A program made the translations under genes and the position numbers. Below the pieces are notes generated by a model that was not told where the DNA came from, did not search any database, and was given only the letters and a program-made list of their open reading frames with translations. From Planctomycetia bacterium (GTDB taxonomy: Bacteria; Planctomycetota; Planctomycetia; Pirellulales; S012-138): a stretch of 64,000 nucleotides of DNA. Positions 44,295 through 53,700 of this stretch are shown here, one piece after another. Each line of letters starts with the position of its first letter. Within the stretch, counting starts at the first letter, position 1. The DNA is taken from contig JACOUI010000261.1 in the NCBI GenBank assembly GCA_016177915.1, forward strand, positions 4,924 through 68,923, given 5' to 3'.

Positions 44295-46877
44295 ATGGTC
44301 AAGCGGCCGAATAGCCTGTGGGAGCAGTACCAAGGCAAAGCCCAAGCGGTGATCCGGTGCGGCTGCGGCTTATGGCCCGTCCAGCCGCACCCTTGCGCTC
44401 TCGAACCGCCCTGCTGGCCCTTTGACCGCACTTCCGTCAACGTGTGGGACTGTCTTGTCAACGACTGGGAAGGCCCCTGGGATGGACGCACAGCAGTTCA
44501 GAGCCTCTTTGTCCCAGAGCCGCCTGTTGTCCACCAGCGCGGCCAGCCCGTCGTGCTGCCTCCCCTCCCCTACCAAGTGGAGACGGACCTTGTAGCGATC
44601 ACCATCGAACAGTTCTTTGCCGAAGACCATTCAAGCATTCCGCTGGCGGAACAGTTTCTGCTGTCCTTGATGAACCTTGATCGGCCCGTTGCCTTTGAGT
44701 TGTTCGGCGTCGGCCGCACAGACTACTCCGAACCGTTCGTGCAGACCCGGTTTGTCGCCCATCGACGACATGCCGATCAGATCCAGCGCCAGTTGCTGCA
44801 GCATTACCCCAACTCTGCGATTGCGCTCGACGATTCCGCCGATACCCTCGACTTCCGCCAATTCCTGCAGTTGCTGGCCGACGACGAGGGATTCGGAGGA
44901 CCGTTGCTCCTTCACGCCGGCTGCTGTTTTCCGCTTCGCACGTACACGCGCCTGGAGCCGGATCCCCTCGGCGTCGCCATCGCCGCGATGGACCACCTGG
45001 ACGAAGGCAAATGGGCCTTCCTCCAAATCCTCTTTGAACCAGCTCGGGAACCGTGGGCTCAAACGATCGATCAGGCCCTGGCTCACCCCTACAACCCGAA
45101 CGAGTACCTTCTTGAGTCCAGTGAGCTGCGGCTGCTGCGCCAAAAGCTGGAATCGCCCCTATTTGCCGTCTCTCCGCGACTCATGGCCAGCACGAAGGCG
45201 GACTTGCGGGCGCTCGCGAGCTGGGCCGAACAGTTCACGTCTCCGCCGCAAGGCATGGCGATCCCCGAGGATTGGCCGGAAGGCGAGATGCCCGACGACG
45301 ACGAAGCATTTGCCTTCTGCTACGACCTGTGCGGTCGCTGCACGCACCGCCCGGGAATGCTGCTCAACTTGCAGGAACTAGCCAGCCTTGTGCACCTGCC
45401 ATCCGAGTCCGTCGCCACCGAACGGCTCCGCCGAGTTAAGGCGCGCACAAGACCGGCCGTGCCAGTGCCCGAGGAGGACGAGTCTATCGTCTTGGGCGAA
45501 AACGTACACCGCGGCCGGACGCGCCGCGCCAAGATTTCCCCGCAGCTCCGACCCCGCCACTGCTACATCGCCGGCGCATCAGGGACGGGCAAATCCACGC
45601 TGCTCCTGAACATGATTCTCCAGGACATCGAGGCCGGCCGGGGCGTCGGCCTGCTCGACCCGCACGGCGACCTTGTCAACGACGTGCTGCGGCGCATTCC
45701 CGACCACCGCGTCGATGACGTGATCCTCTTCGATCCGGCCGACGACGAGTACCCGTTGGCGCTGAACATCCTGGAGGCCAAGGACGCGAGCGAACGCGAG
45801 CGGATCGTCCAGGAGACCGTCATGGCCCTGGAACGGTACTTTCCAGCGTCGTGGGGACCGCGGCTGGAGCGCATCCTGATGTTCGCAATCCACTCCGTAC
45901 TCCAGGCCCTGCCGGGCGCCACGTTGGCCGACGTCGAGCGAATTCTCACGGACGACGAGTTCCGCACCGACGTTGTCTCGCGCACCACCGACCCGCGCTT
46001 CCTGGACTTCTGGGAAAAGCAGTTTCGCTTCTTCCCCAAGAACGCCGTTGATCCCGTGCTTAACAAGCTGTCGCCGTTCTTGCTCTCCCCTACCGTGCGG
46101 AACATCATTTGCCAGCGCCGGTCGGCCATCGACTTCGACCGGCTGCTGAACGGCGGCAAGATTTTCCTGGCGAACCTGTCGACCGGCTTGTTGACGGAGA
46201 AGATCGCTGGCACGTTCGGCAGCTTCTTGGTGACCAAGATCGTCAACGCCGCCTTCCGCCGAGCGCGGTTGCCCGAGGAGGAGCGACGTCCCTGGCATCT
46301 TTACGTCGACGAGTTTCAGGCTTTCATGAACCTGTCGGTTGGCTTCGACCGCATTTTGGCCGAAGCCCGTAAGTACAGGCTTCTGTTGACCGTCGCCAAC
46401 CAGTACGTCGGGCAGCTTTCGCCGGCCGTCCGACAAGCCGTCTTTGGAAACGTCGCCGTCTTCGTGATCTTCCGCCTGGGCGTTGACGACGCCGGGATCG
46501 TGGCGAAGGAGTTGGGCCCGTTCACGGCCGACGAGATTCTCAACCTTGAGCTGGGCGAGGCTATCGTCCGCGCTGGGGCGTCTTCCCAATCCTTCAACGC
46601 GACGACGTTTCCCCCGCCAGCGCTCCCGCCCGCCAATCCCGCACCGCAGATCCGCGACCAATCCCGAAAGCGGTACTCCCGGCCGAGGGGCGAGGTAGAG
46701 GATGACCTCATCGCCCCACAGCCGGATGCTGACTCCAGCATTGAAAGAGCTAAGAACACCGGCAAATCAACACGTCCGCCGCGTACGTCGTCGAAGCACC
46801 GCCGGCATCGCCGGGCGGCCCAGAATCCGGATCTGACTGAGCCGATTGATCCGCGCGAAGACGAGTTGGAACCCTAA
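44295..46877 (+). CDS. TraD/VirD4/FtsK-HerA-like coupling (DNA-translocating) ATPase
   Basis: Walker A IAGASGTGKSTLLLNMI, LLDPHGDL, Walker B WHLYVDEFQAF, ARKYRLLLTVANQ. ATG 44295 chosen because the ORF-track start 43986 overlaps the upstream gene. Confidence 0.8.
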   Translation: MVKRPNSLWEQYQGKAQAVIRCGCGLWPVQPHPCALEPPCWPFDRTSVNVWDCLVNDWEGPWDGRTAVQSLFVPEPPVVHQRGQPVVLPPLPYQVETDLVAITIEQFFAEDHSSIPLAEQFLLSLMNLDRPVAFELFGVGRTDYSEPFVQTRFVAHRRHADQIQRQLLQHYPNSAIALDDSADTLDFRQFLQLLADDEGFGGPLLLHAGCCFPLRTYTRLEPDPLGVAIAAMDHLDEGKWAFLQILFEPAREPWAQTIDQALAHPYNPNEYLLESSELRLLRQKLESPLFAVSPRLMASTKADLRALASWAEQFTSPPQGMAIPEDWPEGEMPDDDEAFAFCYDLCGRCTHRPGMLLNLQELASLVHLPSESVATERLRRVKARTRPAVPVPEEDESIVLGENVHRGRTRRAKISPQLRPRHCYIAGASGTGKSTLLLNMILQDIEAGRGVGLLDPHGDLVNDVLRRIPDHRVDDVILFDPADDEYPLALNILEAKDASERERIVQETVMALERYFPASWGPRLERILMFAIHSVLQALPGATLADVERILTDDEFRTDVVSRTTDPRFLDFWEKQFRFFPKNAVDPVLNKLSPFLLSPTVRNIICQRRSAIDFDRLLNGGKIFLANLSTGLLTEKIAGTFGSFLVTKIVNAAFRRARLPEEERRPWHLYVDEFQAFMNLSVGFDRILAEARKYRLLLTVANQYVGQLSPAVRQAVFGNVAVFVIFRLGVDDAGIVAKELGPFTADEILNLELGEAIVRAGASSQSFNATTFPPPALPPANPAPQIRDQSRKRYSRPRGEVEDDLIAPQPDADSSIERAKNTGKSTRPPRTSSKHRRHRRAAQNPDLTEPIDPREDELEP

Positions 46878-47157
46878 CTAATCCACCAGCCAATCGACAA
46901 TCTCCCTCAGAGTCCCGTCAGTGACACGGATTCCGCTCTTCAGCTCGCCACTACCGTGCCACCCCGGCAGCGTCCCTCCACCTCGCCCAGACTGAGTACA
47001 GGAAAGGTTGCGACGACACCCCATGCGGGGGCGAGTGCATCCCATTCTCGAGCTCTGCCGAGTTCCGCAGCACTTTCATCCGCCGCCTAGACTGCATGAC
47101 GTAAGTTCCTCGTGCTTAGCTTCTTAGGACCGTCTACTATTCTTGGCGCTACGCTCT

Positions 47158-47172
47158 TGGCACGCCAGTTGC
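47158..47172 (+). promoter_or_regulatory. sigma-54 (-24/-12) promoter
   Basis: TGGCACG-CCAG-TTGC, i.e. GG and GC elements with exact consensus spacing, in the intergenic region upstream of the 47477 gene. Confidence 0.6.
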
Positions 47173-47476
47173 CATTGCCGCGCCCACGGGTCTTGGGTGA
47201 CAGGCGATTCGGAATGAAATGGGGGCCTGTGCCCGCGCGACGCCAATCAGCAGTAGGCCAGCGCGCCCGGGTTCGGGTAGCGCCCGCTCTGCGGCACCAG
47301 CCTGGACCATGCCGGGTAGCCGCGCGGCGCCCGAATTCGGCGGGGAGATTTGGTCCATGCCGGGGAAGAAGAAACGCCACAACGATATCCGGATCGAGCA
47401 CGGTTTCGCGGGCCTCGACGGGGTTAGCCGAACTCGCCAGCCCTCAATGAACAACCGACGCAACAGGAGATCAACT

Positions 47477-47935
47477 ATGAGCGCTTTCGATCAAGTCGAT
47501 CATCCCGACCACGGGCCAGAACCCGGCGGTCGCCCAAAAGAATCGCCCCTGACGAGGCTCATGTGGATCGTCGTTAGCGGCCTGACCATCGTCATGCTTG
47601 CGACGATTGTCAAGCTGGGCATCGGCCAACTCGGTCGTGAGCAGAATGCCGCCATGAACCCGATTGCGGGGCTGTGGACTGACGAAAAGGGCGGCGCCAT
47701 GTTCGTTGCTTCGGTTCCTGAGGGTCCGATCTGGCTCGTGAACTCGACGCTCGGGTATCGGCTTGATGTCAAGCATCGCACTGAGACAATCTACGAAGGT
47801 CGCCTCATTTGCGCCCGCCATCAAGCGGACATCGGCGTGTTTGTAATTGAGCGAGCCACCGACAACACACTCACCGCCATGCTCCTCCCCAACGGCAGAC
47901 CGCGCGTCACCTTGGTGTTGCGGAGGGCCGATTAG
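47477..47935 (+). CDS. small membrane-anchored hypothetical protein
   Basis: ATG 47477 after AGGAGA (alternative ATG 47357 after GGGGAGA). One TM helix (LMWIVVSGLTIVMLATIVKLGI) then a ~95-aa beta-rich-looking domain. Confidence 0.55.
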   Translation: MSAFDQVDHPDHGPEPGGRPKESPLTRLMWIVVSGLTIVMLATIVKLGIGQLGREQNAAMNPIAGLWTDEKGGAMFVASVPEGPIWLVNSTLGYRLDVKHRTETIYEGRLICARHQADIGVFVIERATDNTLTAMLLPNGRPRVTLVLRRAD

Positions 47936-48093
47936 TTAGCAAGGGTTCACCTCGCGTGACGGGCGGCGACAAGGCAGACCCTCGCTTCGCTCCTACCCCC
48001 CCCCAAGCACCCTGCGCCAGAGCGAAGTGGTTACACCCCGTCGCTCCCCGAGCGAATGGGATGAGTCCAGACGTACCACCTCGGCCGCGGCGG

Positions 48094-49521
48094 TCAGGTG
48101 TTTCCAGTGCGCGGGGTGTCTGGGAATCGTTTCCGGTCAGTCCTCAGCAAACGTCCCGCGAGCGACGCGTTGCCACCGGCCTTCTCAAGGAATGCGCTCT
48201 TCACGATCTCTCTGACTTTCTCCCCGCACGCATTCGTGAAATCGTTCCACGCCGGGTACTTATTCCACGGTAGCTCATCACTGTTGAGGACTTCTTGGAT
48301 CATGCCGACAAGTTCGTTAAGTCGTCCGTCTACGAGCGTCGTCGTCGCGCTCGCGGACATGTCGTTCACCTCGTGCCCGAGATGATACTCGTAAACCGTA
48401 TCCCCGTGGGGAATCGCACGCCTGATCAAGCCATCCAGTTCGTGCAGGTTACCGGCCAATGTCCGGTCGCGCAAGAACTTCATTGCCTCGTCAGAGACGG
48501 AGGCTGTGCTCTCGTATTTCTTCAAGAGCGAGGCAACCAGTAGTTCGAGATCATGCCTCTTGCGTTCCTCGACGCTCGGCAAATGCACGACCGTACATTT
48601 CTCGAGCCTGTTGAAAAGGTCGCGCCTCAGCCTGCCCACTTCCAATTCGACCGTTAGGTTCCGATGTGTCGCGGCAATGATGCACCCCTCGAACCTTTTC
48701 CTCTCGGTCGAACCCACCCTGTTGAAACTGCCTTCGTTCAACAAGTCCAGCAGGCAGATTTGTTCGTCGAGACCCAATTCGCCGATCTCGTCGAGGAACA
48801 GTGTTCCTCCGTGAGCCTTCTCGATCCACCCCTCACGGTCGATTGCCCCCGTGAATGCTCCTTTGCACGTCCCGCAGAGATCGGAGAGAATGAACTCCCT
48901 TCGTACCTTTCCAATCTGGAAGTGGCAGAATCCACCTTTCCCCGCCGCAATCCGGAGCCTGTGGATGACCTCGGCGAGATAGCCCTTTCCTGTGCCGGAT
49001 GCTCCGAGCAAAAGGAAGTCCGGGCTGCCCCTCATCAGGGCACGGGCGACCCGGATGAGCCTCGCCACCATGCCAGGATGCCGCGTGTGCATTGCCGCCT
49101 TCAGCCGCGTGATATTCGCGCGGAGATCGCTATTCACGGCGTCGCGAATGGCCTGGACGTAACTGCCCGCTTCCGGCGGCCAGCGGATGCAAGCGACGAC
49201 TGGGTATTGGATGACCTTGGCGTAGACATGGGGTAGCGCGTCGTCGAGAATCGCGACGGGCAAGGGCATCGAATCGTCTCCCCCGAGGTCGGAAACTAGC
49301 TGGGGACCAGAGGGCTCCCCCCCTAAACCCCAGTCGACGACTAGGGCGTCGAACTGCCCAGATTTGGGACCGCGAATCAGCTCACGGGCAGCCGCGCCGC
49401 TTGAGCAAAACTGCAGCCTGGCAGCGAGACCACCCGCCGCGATGAGCTCCCTGTGCTTCTGGCGGTAGTCCTCATTGTCGGCCTTACCGGACACGATCAG
49501 AAGGTTGTACTGGTGGGACAT
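48094..49521 (-). CDS. sigma-54-dependent enhancer-binding protein (REC-like N-term, AAA+, Fis HTH)
   Basis: LLLGASGTGKGYLA, GAFTGA loop (CKGAFTGAIDREG), GGTLFLDEIGEL, RRDLFNRL. C-terminal HTH GGNASLAGRLLRTDRKRF. Confidence 0.9.
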   Translation of the reverse strand: MSHQYNLLIVSGKADNEDYRQKHRELIAAGGLAARLQFCSSGAAARELIRGPKSGQFDALVVDWGLGGEPSGPQLVSDLGGDDSMPLPVAILDDALPHVYAKVIQYPVVACIRWPPEAGSYVQAIRDAVNSDLRANITRLKAAMHTRHPGMVARLIRVARALMRGSPDFLLLGASGTGKGYLAEVIHRLRIAAGKGGFCHFQIGKVRREFILSDLCGTCKGAFTGAIDREGWIEKAHGGTLFLDEIGELGLDEQICLLDLLNEGSFNRVGSTERKRFEGCIIAATHRNLTVELEVGRLRRDLFNRLEKCTVVHLPSVEERKRHDLELLVASLLKKYESTASVSDEAMKFLRDRTLAGNLHELDGLIRRAIPHGDTVYEYHLGHEVNDMSASATTTLVDGRLNELVGMIQEVLNSDELPWNKYPAWNDFTNACGEKVREIVKSAFLEKAGGNASLAGRLLRTDRKRFPDTPRTGNT

Positions 49522-50749
49522 CGCTGCTCACCGGAATGTAGAAGATAGTCTTGCAACCCCTTGCGGTGTTCTCCCTCCGAATTCCGCCGCCCATGTCATG
49601 CGCGAGACGTTTGGCCAGTTCCAAGGCGCGGTCCTCCGGTCTGTCGCCCAGACCGGCACCAACTCTTCCTCGCTCCTCGCACTCGACACTCACCGCGACT
49701 GTACCGTTGTCCCGTCTCAACGTTTGAATCCAGAGCCTAGTGCCGCGCCGCGCCCTGTCAATGCCCGAGAAGACGACTGCGTCGATGACCGCGAAAAGAT
49801 CTTCGGGGAACGTGCAGACCTCGTACTCGCCGTCCGATGAGACCTCGAGCAGCAACCGTTTGTAGGCGATTCCTGGCCCCAGGCGGCCGATTACCTTCTC
49901 GACTACGCTCCCAATCAAGATAACGTTTCGCTGCGGACCATACCACAACTTCCGGCGGTAAGCCTCGTTGCAGCACTCAAGCGTGGAGAACGCAGCACGG
50001 CGGACAGCTTCCACTCCCTCAGCAAGCGCGTGCTCCTGCTTCCCTTCACCTGGGAACTGGCCCAGTCCGAGTTGCTGTTCCAGTCTTTGGGCGCAGTCCA
50101 AAACCTTCTCGATCCCATCGGAGGCGGCCCGTCCCATCTTGCTCGCCACCTCCGCCTGACTCTCCGCGCACATCCATGACTTCATCTGCTGCAGCAAGTA
50201 CTGGCGCTTGAACCTTCGCCATGCCTGCCGCGACTTTTGCTGACCGAGACGATAGGCACGGCAAACGGCCGCAAACATCTCGTCGGTACGTGAGGGCTTC
50301 GGGACGAAGTCCGCCGCGCCACCACGAAATGTTCGGATGATGGTCTGGGGATTGCCATGCTGCGTGTAGATGACCACGGCCCCGCAGGCCACATCGCTCA
50401 GATCGCTCGCCGCCCTGAGGACGTCGAGCCCCACCTGAGGATCCTCTTTGTCCTGCGGATCGGAGGGATTCGAGCGACTGAGACCCAGGTCGAGGGTCAC
50501 GACATCATATGGCCGCTTCTTCTCTGCGGCTTCACGAAGGAAAGCGACGGCCTCGGCGCCGGTGACGGCCGGCTGCACTTCGAAGCTGCTGATACCGTAC
50601 TTCTCGACGTAGGAGTGTGGCGGTTCCTCGAACGCGTAACACAGGTCCCGCCTTTCGGAGTCCAGGTCCTCCACCAGCAACAGACGCGGTTTGGCACTCA
50701 CGACGGCCCTCCCTTTCGATTTCCCGACACGGCTCGTCCACCAACCCAT
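49484..50749 (-). CDS. response-regulator receiver fused to HATPase-like domain
   Basis: REC: PRLLLVEDLDSER...YDVVTLDLGLS...VVIYTQHG...GAADFVPKP. The C-terminal region ...LWIQTLRRDNGTVAVSVECEERG...LAHDMGGGIRREN...IFYIPV resembles an HK ATP-binding domain. Confidence 0.75.
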   Translation of the reverse strand: MGWWTSRVGKSKGRAVVSAKPRLLLVEDLDSERRDLCYAFEEPPHSYVEKYGISSFEVQPAVTGAEAVAFLREAAEKKRPYDVVTLDLGLSRSNPSDPQDKEDPQVGLDVLRAASDLSDVACGAVVIYTQHGNPQTIIRTFRGGAADFVPKPSRTDEMFAAVCRAYRLGQQKSRQAWRRFKRQYLLQQMKSWMCAESQAEVASKMGRAASDGIEKVLDCAQRLEQQLGLGQFPGEGKQEHALAEGVEAVRRAAFSTLECCNEAYRRKLWYGPQRNVILIGSVVEKVIGRLGPGIAYKRLLLEVSSDGEYEVCTFPEDLFAVIDAVVFSGIDRARRGTRLWIQTLRRDNGTVAVSVECEERGRVGAGLGDRPEDRALELAKRLAHDMGGGIRRENTARGCKTIFYIPVSSDVPPVQPSDRVR

Positions 50750-50764
50750 CCCGGCGGAAAGCGC

Positions 50765-53700
50765 TCACGACAAGCAAGTGGGACGAGCGGGTCTCAGGGG
50801 CGAGAGTACCTCGACCTCCCTGATCGGTAGGGTTATGCGCACGCGGGTTCCTTCGCTTGGGCACGAGTCAATTTCAAGCTGTCCCCCGTGGCTCTCGCAG
50901 TAGAGCCGAGACAGGAACAACCCCATCCCAGTCCGCACGACGGTGTCGAGCGGCTGCTCGCCCCGGAGGATCCGCTCCACATCTGCCGCACTGATCCCCG
51001 ACCCGGTGTCGGCGACCAGAATCTCACACCGGTTGAGCTGAGCCCGGTAGCGGATGACGAGCTCGAGACGCCCCCCCTGGGGCATCGAACGGATTGCATT
51101 ATCCACGACGTTCTCGAAGCACTCGAGTATCTGCCCTCCATGCACCCACGCTTTCGCCCGGTCGAGCGTACGAACCACGTCGATCCGCTGGCGCTCGAGG
51201 TCACTTGCATGGGAGGCTACCACCTCGTTGAGGAGCGCGTCCAAAGCACACTCGCCCCGCCGCACGGTCGCGAGGTGCTGTCCACTATCGCGCGCCTTAC
51301 GGAAGAGGTCGATGAGTCGGCCGACGTCGTCAATTGCCCTCTTGAGTTCCTCACTCTCGTCCGTCTCTCGGGACTTTCGCAGACAGATATTGAGCCACGC
51401 CTTAATGGAGGTGACGAGCTTCGCCTGCTCGTGGGCCGTCTTCGCGAGGTGGGCGGCTACACCGTTCAGAGCACGGTTCGCCTGCTGCACGGCGCGCTGC
51501 GTCTGCCCCCGACGACGGTCGATGACGCTCGCGAGCGCGTTCGCGAGTTCCAAGAGCTTTTCTTCGTCGTGGAGGGGTAGTGGGTCGCGGTCGCCACAAG
51601 GCTGTCTGCCCCTCCAGTGCTGGTCGATCGCCGCGACTACCTGGCCGCCGACCACGACAGGCAGGCAGACACGTTCAACGATGTAATCGGCCCTCACAGC
51701 CGTCGGATGCCAGCGATCGGTCGGCGGCCGGCGCTTCTCGACTATCCGCTTCGAGCGGAAGGCGTGCCAGAGGAGATCGTCGGGGGAATCGACCGTCAGA
51801 GGCCTGTCTGCGTCGTGGCAACCGGGGCGCTTCGAATACGCGACGCGACGTAGCAGGGGGAGTTCAGAGTCAGGCATGTAGATTGCGCAGTGGCGGAGTT
51901 GGTACTCCTCAATGACCTTCCGCGTAAATGCATCCAGCAAAACGTCTTCCGGCTCGTTTTCCACCTCAAGGAGCGCGCGCATCACTGCATCCCGCCTTCT
52001 TAGATCGCCAATTTCCCACAAGTCGCGGTCCGAGTTTCGCAGCCCGTAGACGTAGGCGGACAAATCCGCGGCGACCTTACGCAGGTGTTCGCGGTCAGCC
52101 GTCGCAAACCCCGGTTCGTGACCCTCGATCGGCAGCTTTCGCAGACGGTGGTTTGTGACGATCGCGAGCGGGCACGGGCCTTGTGCAAACCAGAGTGGCA
52201 GCGTGATGACCTCGCACGTATAATCGTCACCGAGTGTGAAGCCGAACATCTCCGCTCCGTACTTGAGGAGCGTCGTCTGCCCGCGGTCCCGTTTGAACAC
52301 GCGAAGGTCATCGATGTAGTGCGGCTCACGGTCCATCGCGAGTGTTCCCGTCATCCCCTCGCCGAGTTCGTAGAAAGCCGCGTTGAGCCAGCGCTTATCG
52401 GCCCACCCTGCCTCGGCTCGGAGGACAAAACGTTTCTGCATGTCGTCCCAGAGGAAGAAAGAGGTGACACGAGCTGAGGCTGCCTGCCGAGCCCTTTCAG
52501 CGTGGTGCCTCAAAGCCGCGTACAGGTGAAAACCCCCGCCGATAGCTGGCTTGATGTCGCGCAGAAAACGCTCGGCCTTTTTCTGGTGGACATGGGCGAT
52601 GAGGTCCGAGAGCCGCGTGCCGATGTCGTTCAGGAGAGCCAAACGGTGCTGTGTGAACGACCACCCACCCGCGAAGTCTATCGCCACTACGCCTACAGGC
52701 GAGCCTCCCGGCCGGACGATCGGAAGAATCGCAAGGGAGCCGATTTCGCGAAGGGCCGTCGTGAACTCGGAGGAAGCGAGTCGATCGGACAGCACCTGCA
52801 CCGGACTCGTGCGGTCGCGTGGCCACAGCTCGTTGATGAGCACCCTTCGGTTGTTTCGGAAGCTCAAGGCCGACGGGGCGTCCGAGTCGTGCACATCGAT
52901 CTCACGCAGGTGACGCTGCCCTGCATCGTAAAACGATCCCCACCCCCCATCGATCAGCCGCAGCTTGTTCGTCTCCGGGTCGAGCAGCCGGATGTGACAC
53001 CCGGCCCCCATTGCCTTCGCCACCGCCACCACCACGTGCGAGGCCGCCTCCTCGAACGTGCAGCACTTCTCCCGTGCCTCCACGCAGGCCAAATCGAGAG
53101 TCCGCAGCGGAGTGAGCTCTTCAGTTTGGACAGCGCGGTTTATCATCGCAGATGCCCACGCGCCGAGCGCATTAAGTGCCGACTGCTGCTCCGCACTGAG
53201 GACTGGCAGCCCACGCAGATCCCCAAGATCAATCTGAAGGATTCCGAGGGTGCGCTGCTCGTCAGTGCCGCTCCCATCTCGACTCCTATGCCGATGCTCG
53301 AGCAGGGGAAGGACGTAGAAGCTGATGACGTTCCCGGCTCGCGCCGCCTCGTGATCGCAGTGCGGATTGGTCGTTGCGTCCATCACGTATTGCGCTTCCT
53401 GGCTCCGCGCGACCTCAGCGAGGATGTCTTCGCCGCCGAACTCCCGACGGGTAAGCGGCAGGACCTTTTGCCACCGGCCCCCAAGCGCCTCCTGGGCGAC
53501 AATCCACTGCTTCGAATCGTCGTCCTGCAGAACCATTGAGACCATCGCTCCTTGGTACCCGGCAGTGGCCACGCACTTCAGAACTTCTCCGATCGCTGCA
53601 TCAAGTGAGGGGGCTGTGGCCGCCTCGCCTGTGTGTTTCCTGATGGCCTCCGACGCCAGACGGAGTTTGAAGCTCGGGCACATGTCATCGGCGAGCGTGA

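Noticed and set aside
47219-47476. Long 238-aa version of the small membrane protein ORF
   Set aside because: The first ~85 codons are Arg/Ala/Pro/Ser-rich and start only ~45 nt after the sigma-54 promoter. The internal starts with SD-like sequences (47357 or 47477) are more plausible, but this remains unresolved.
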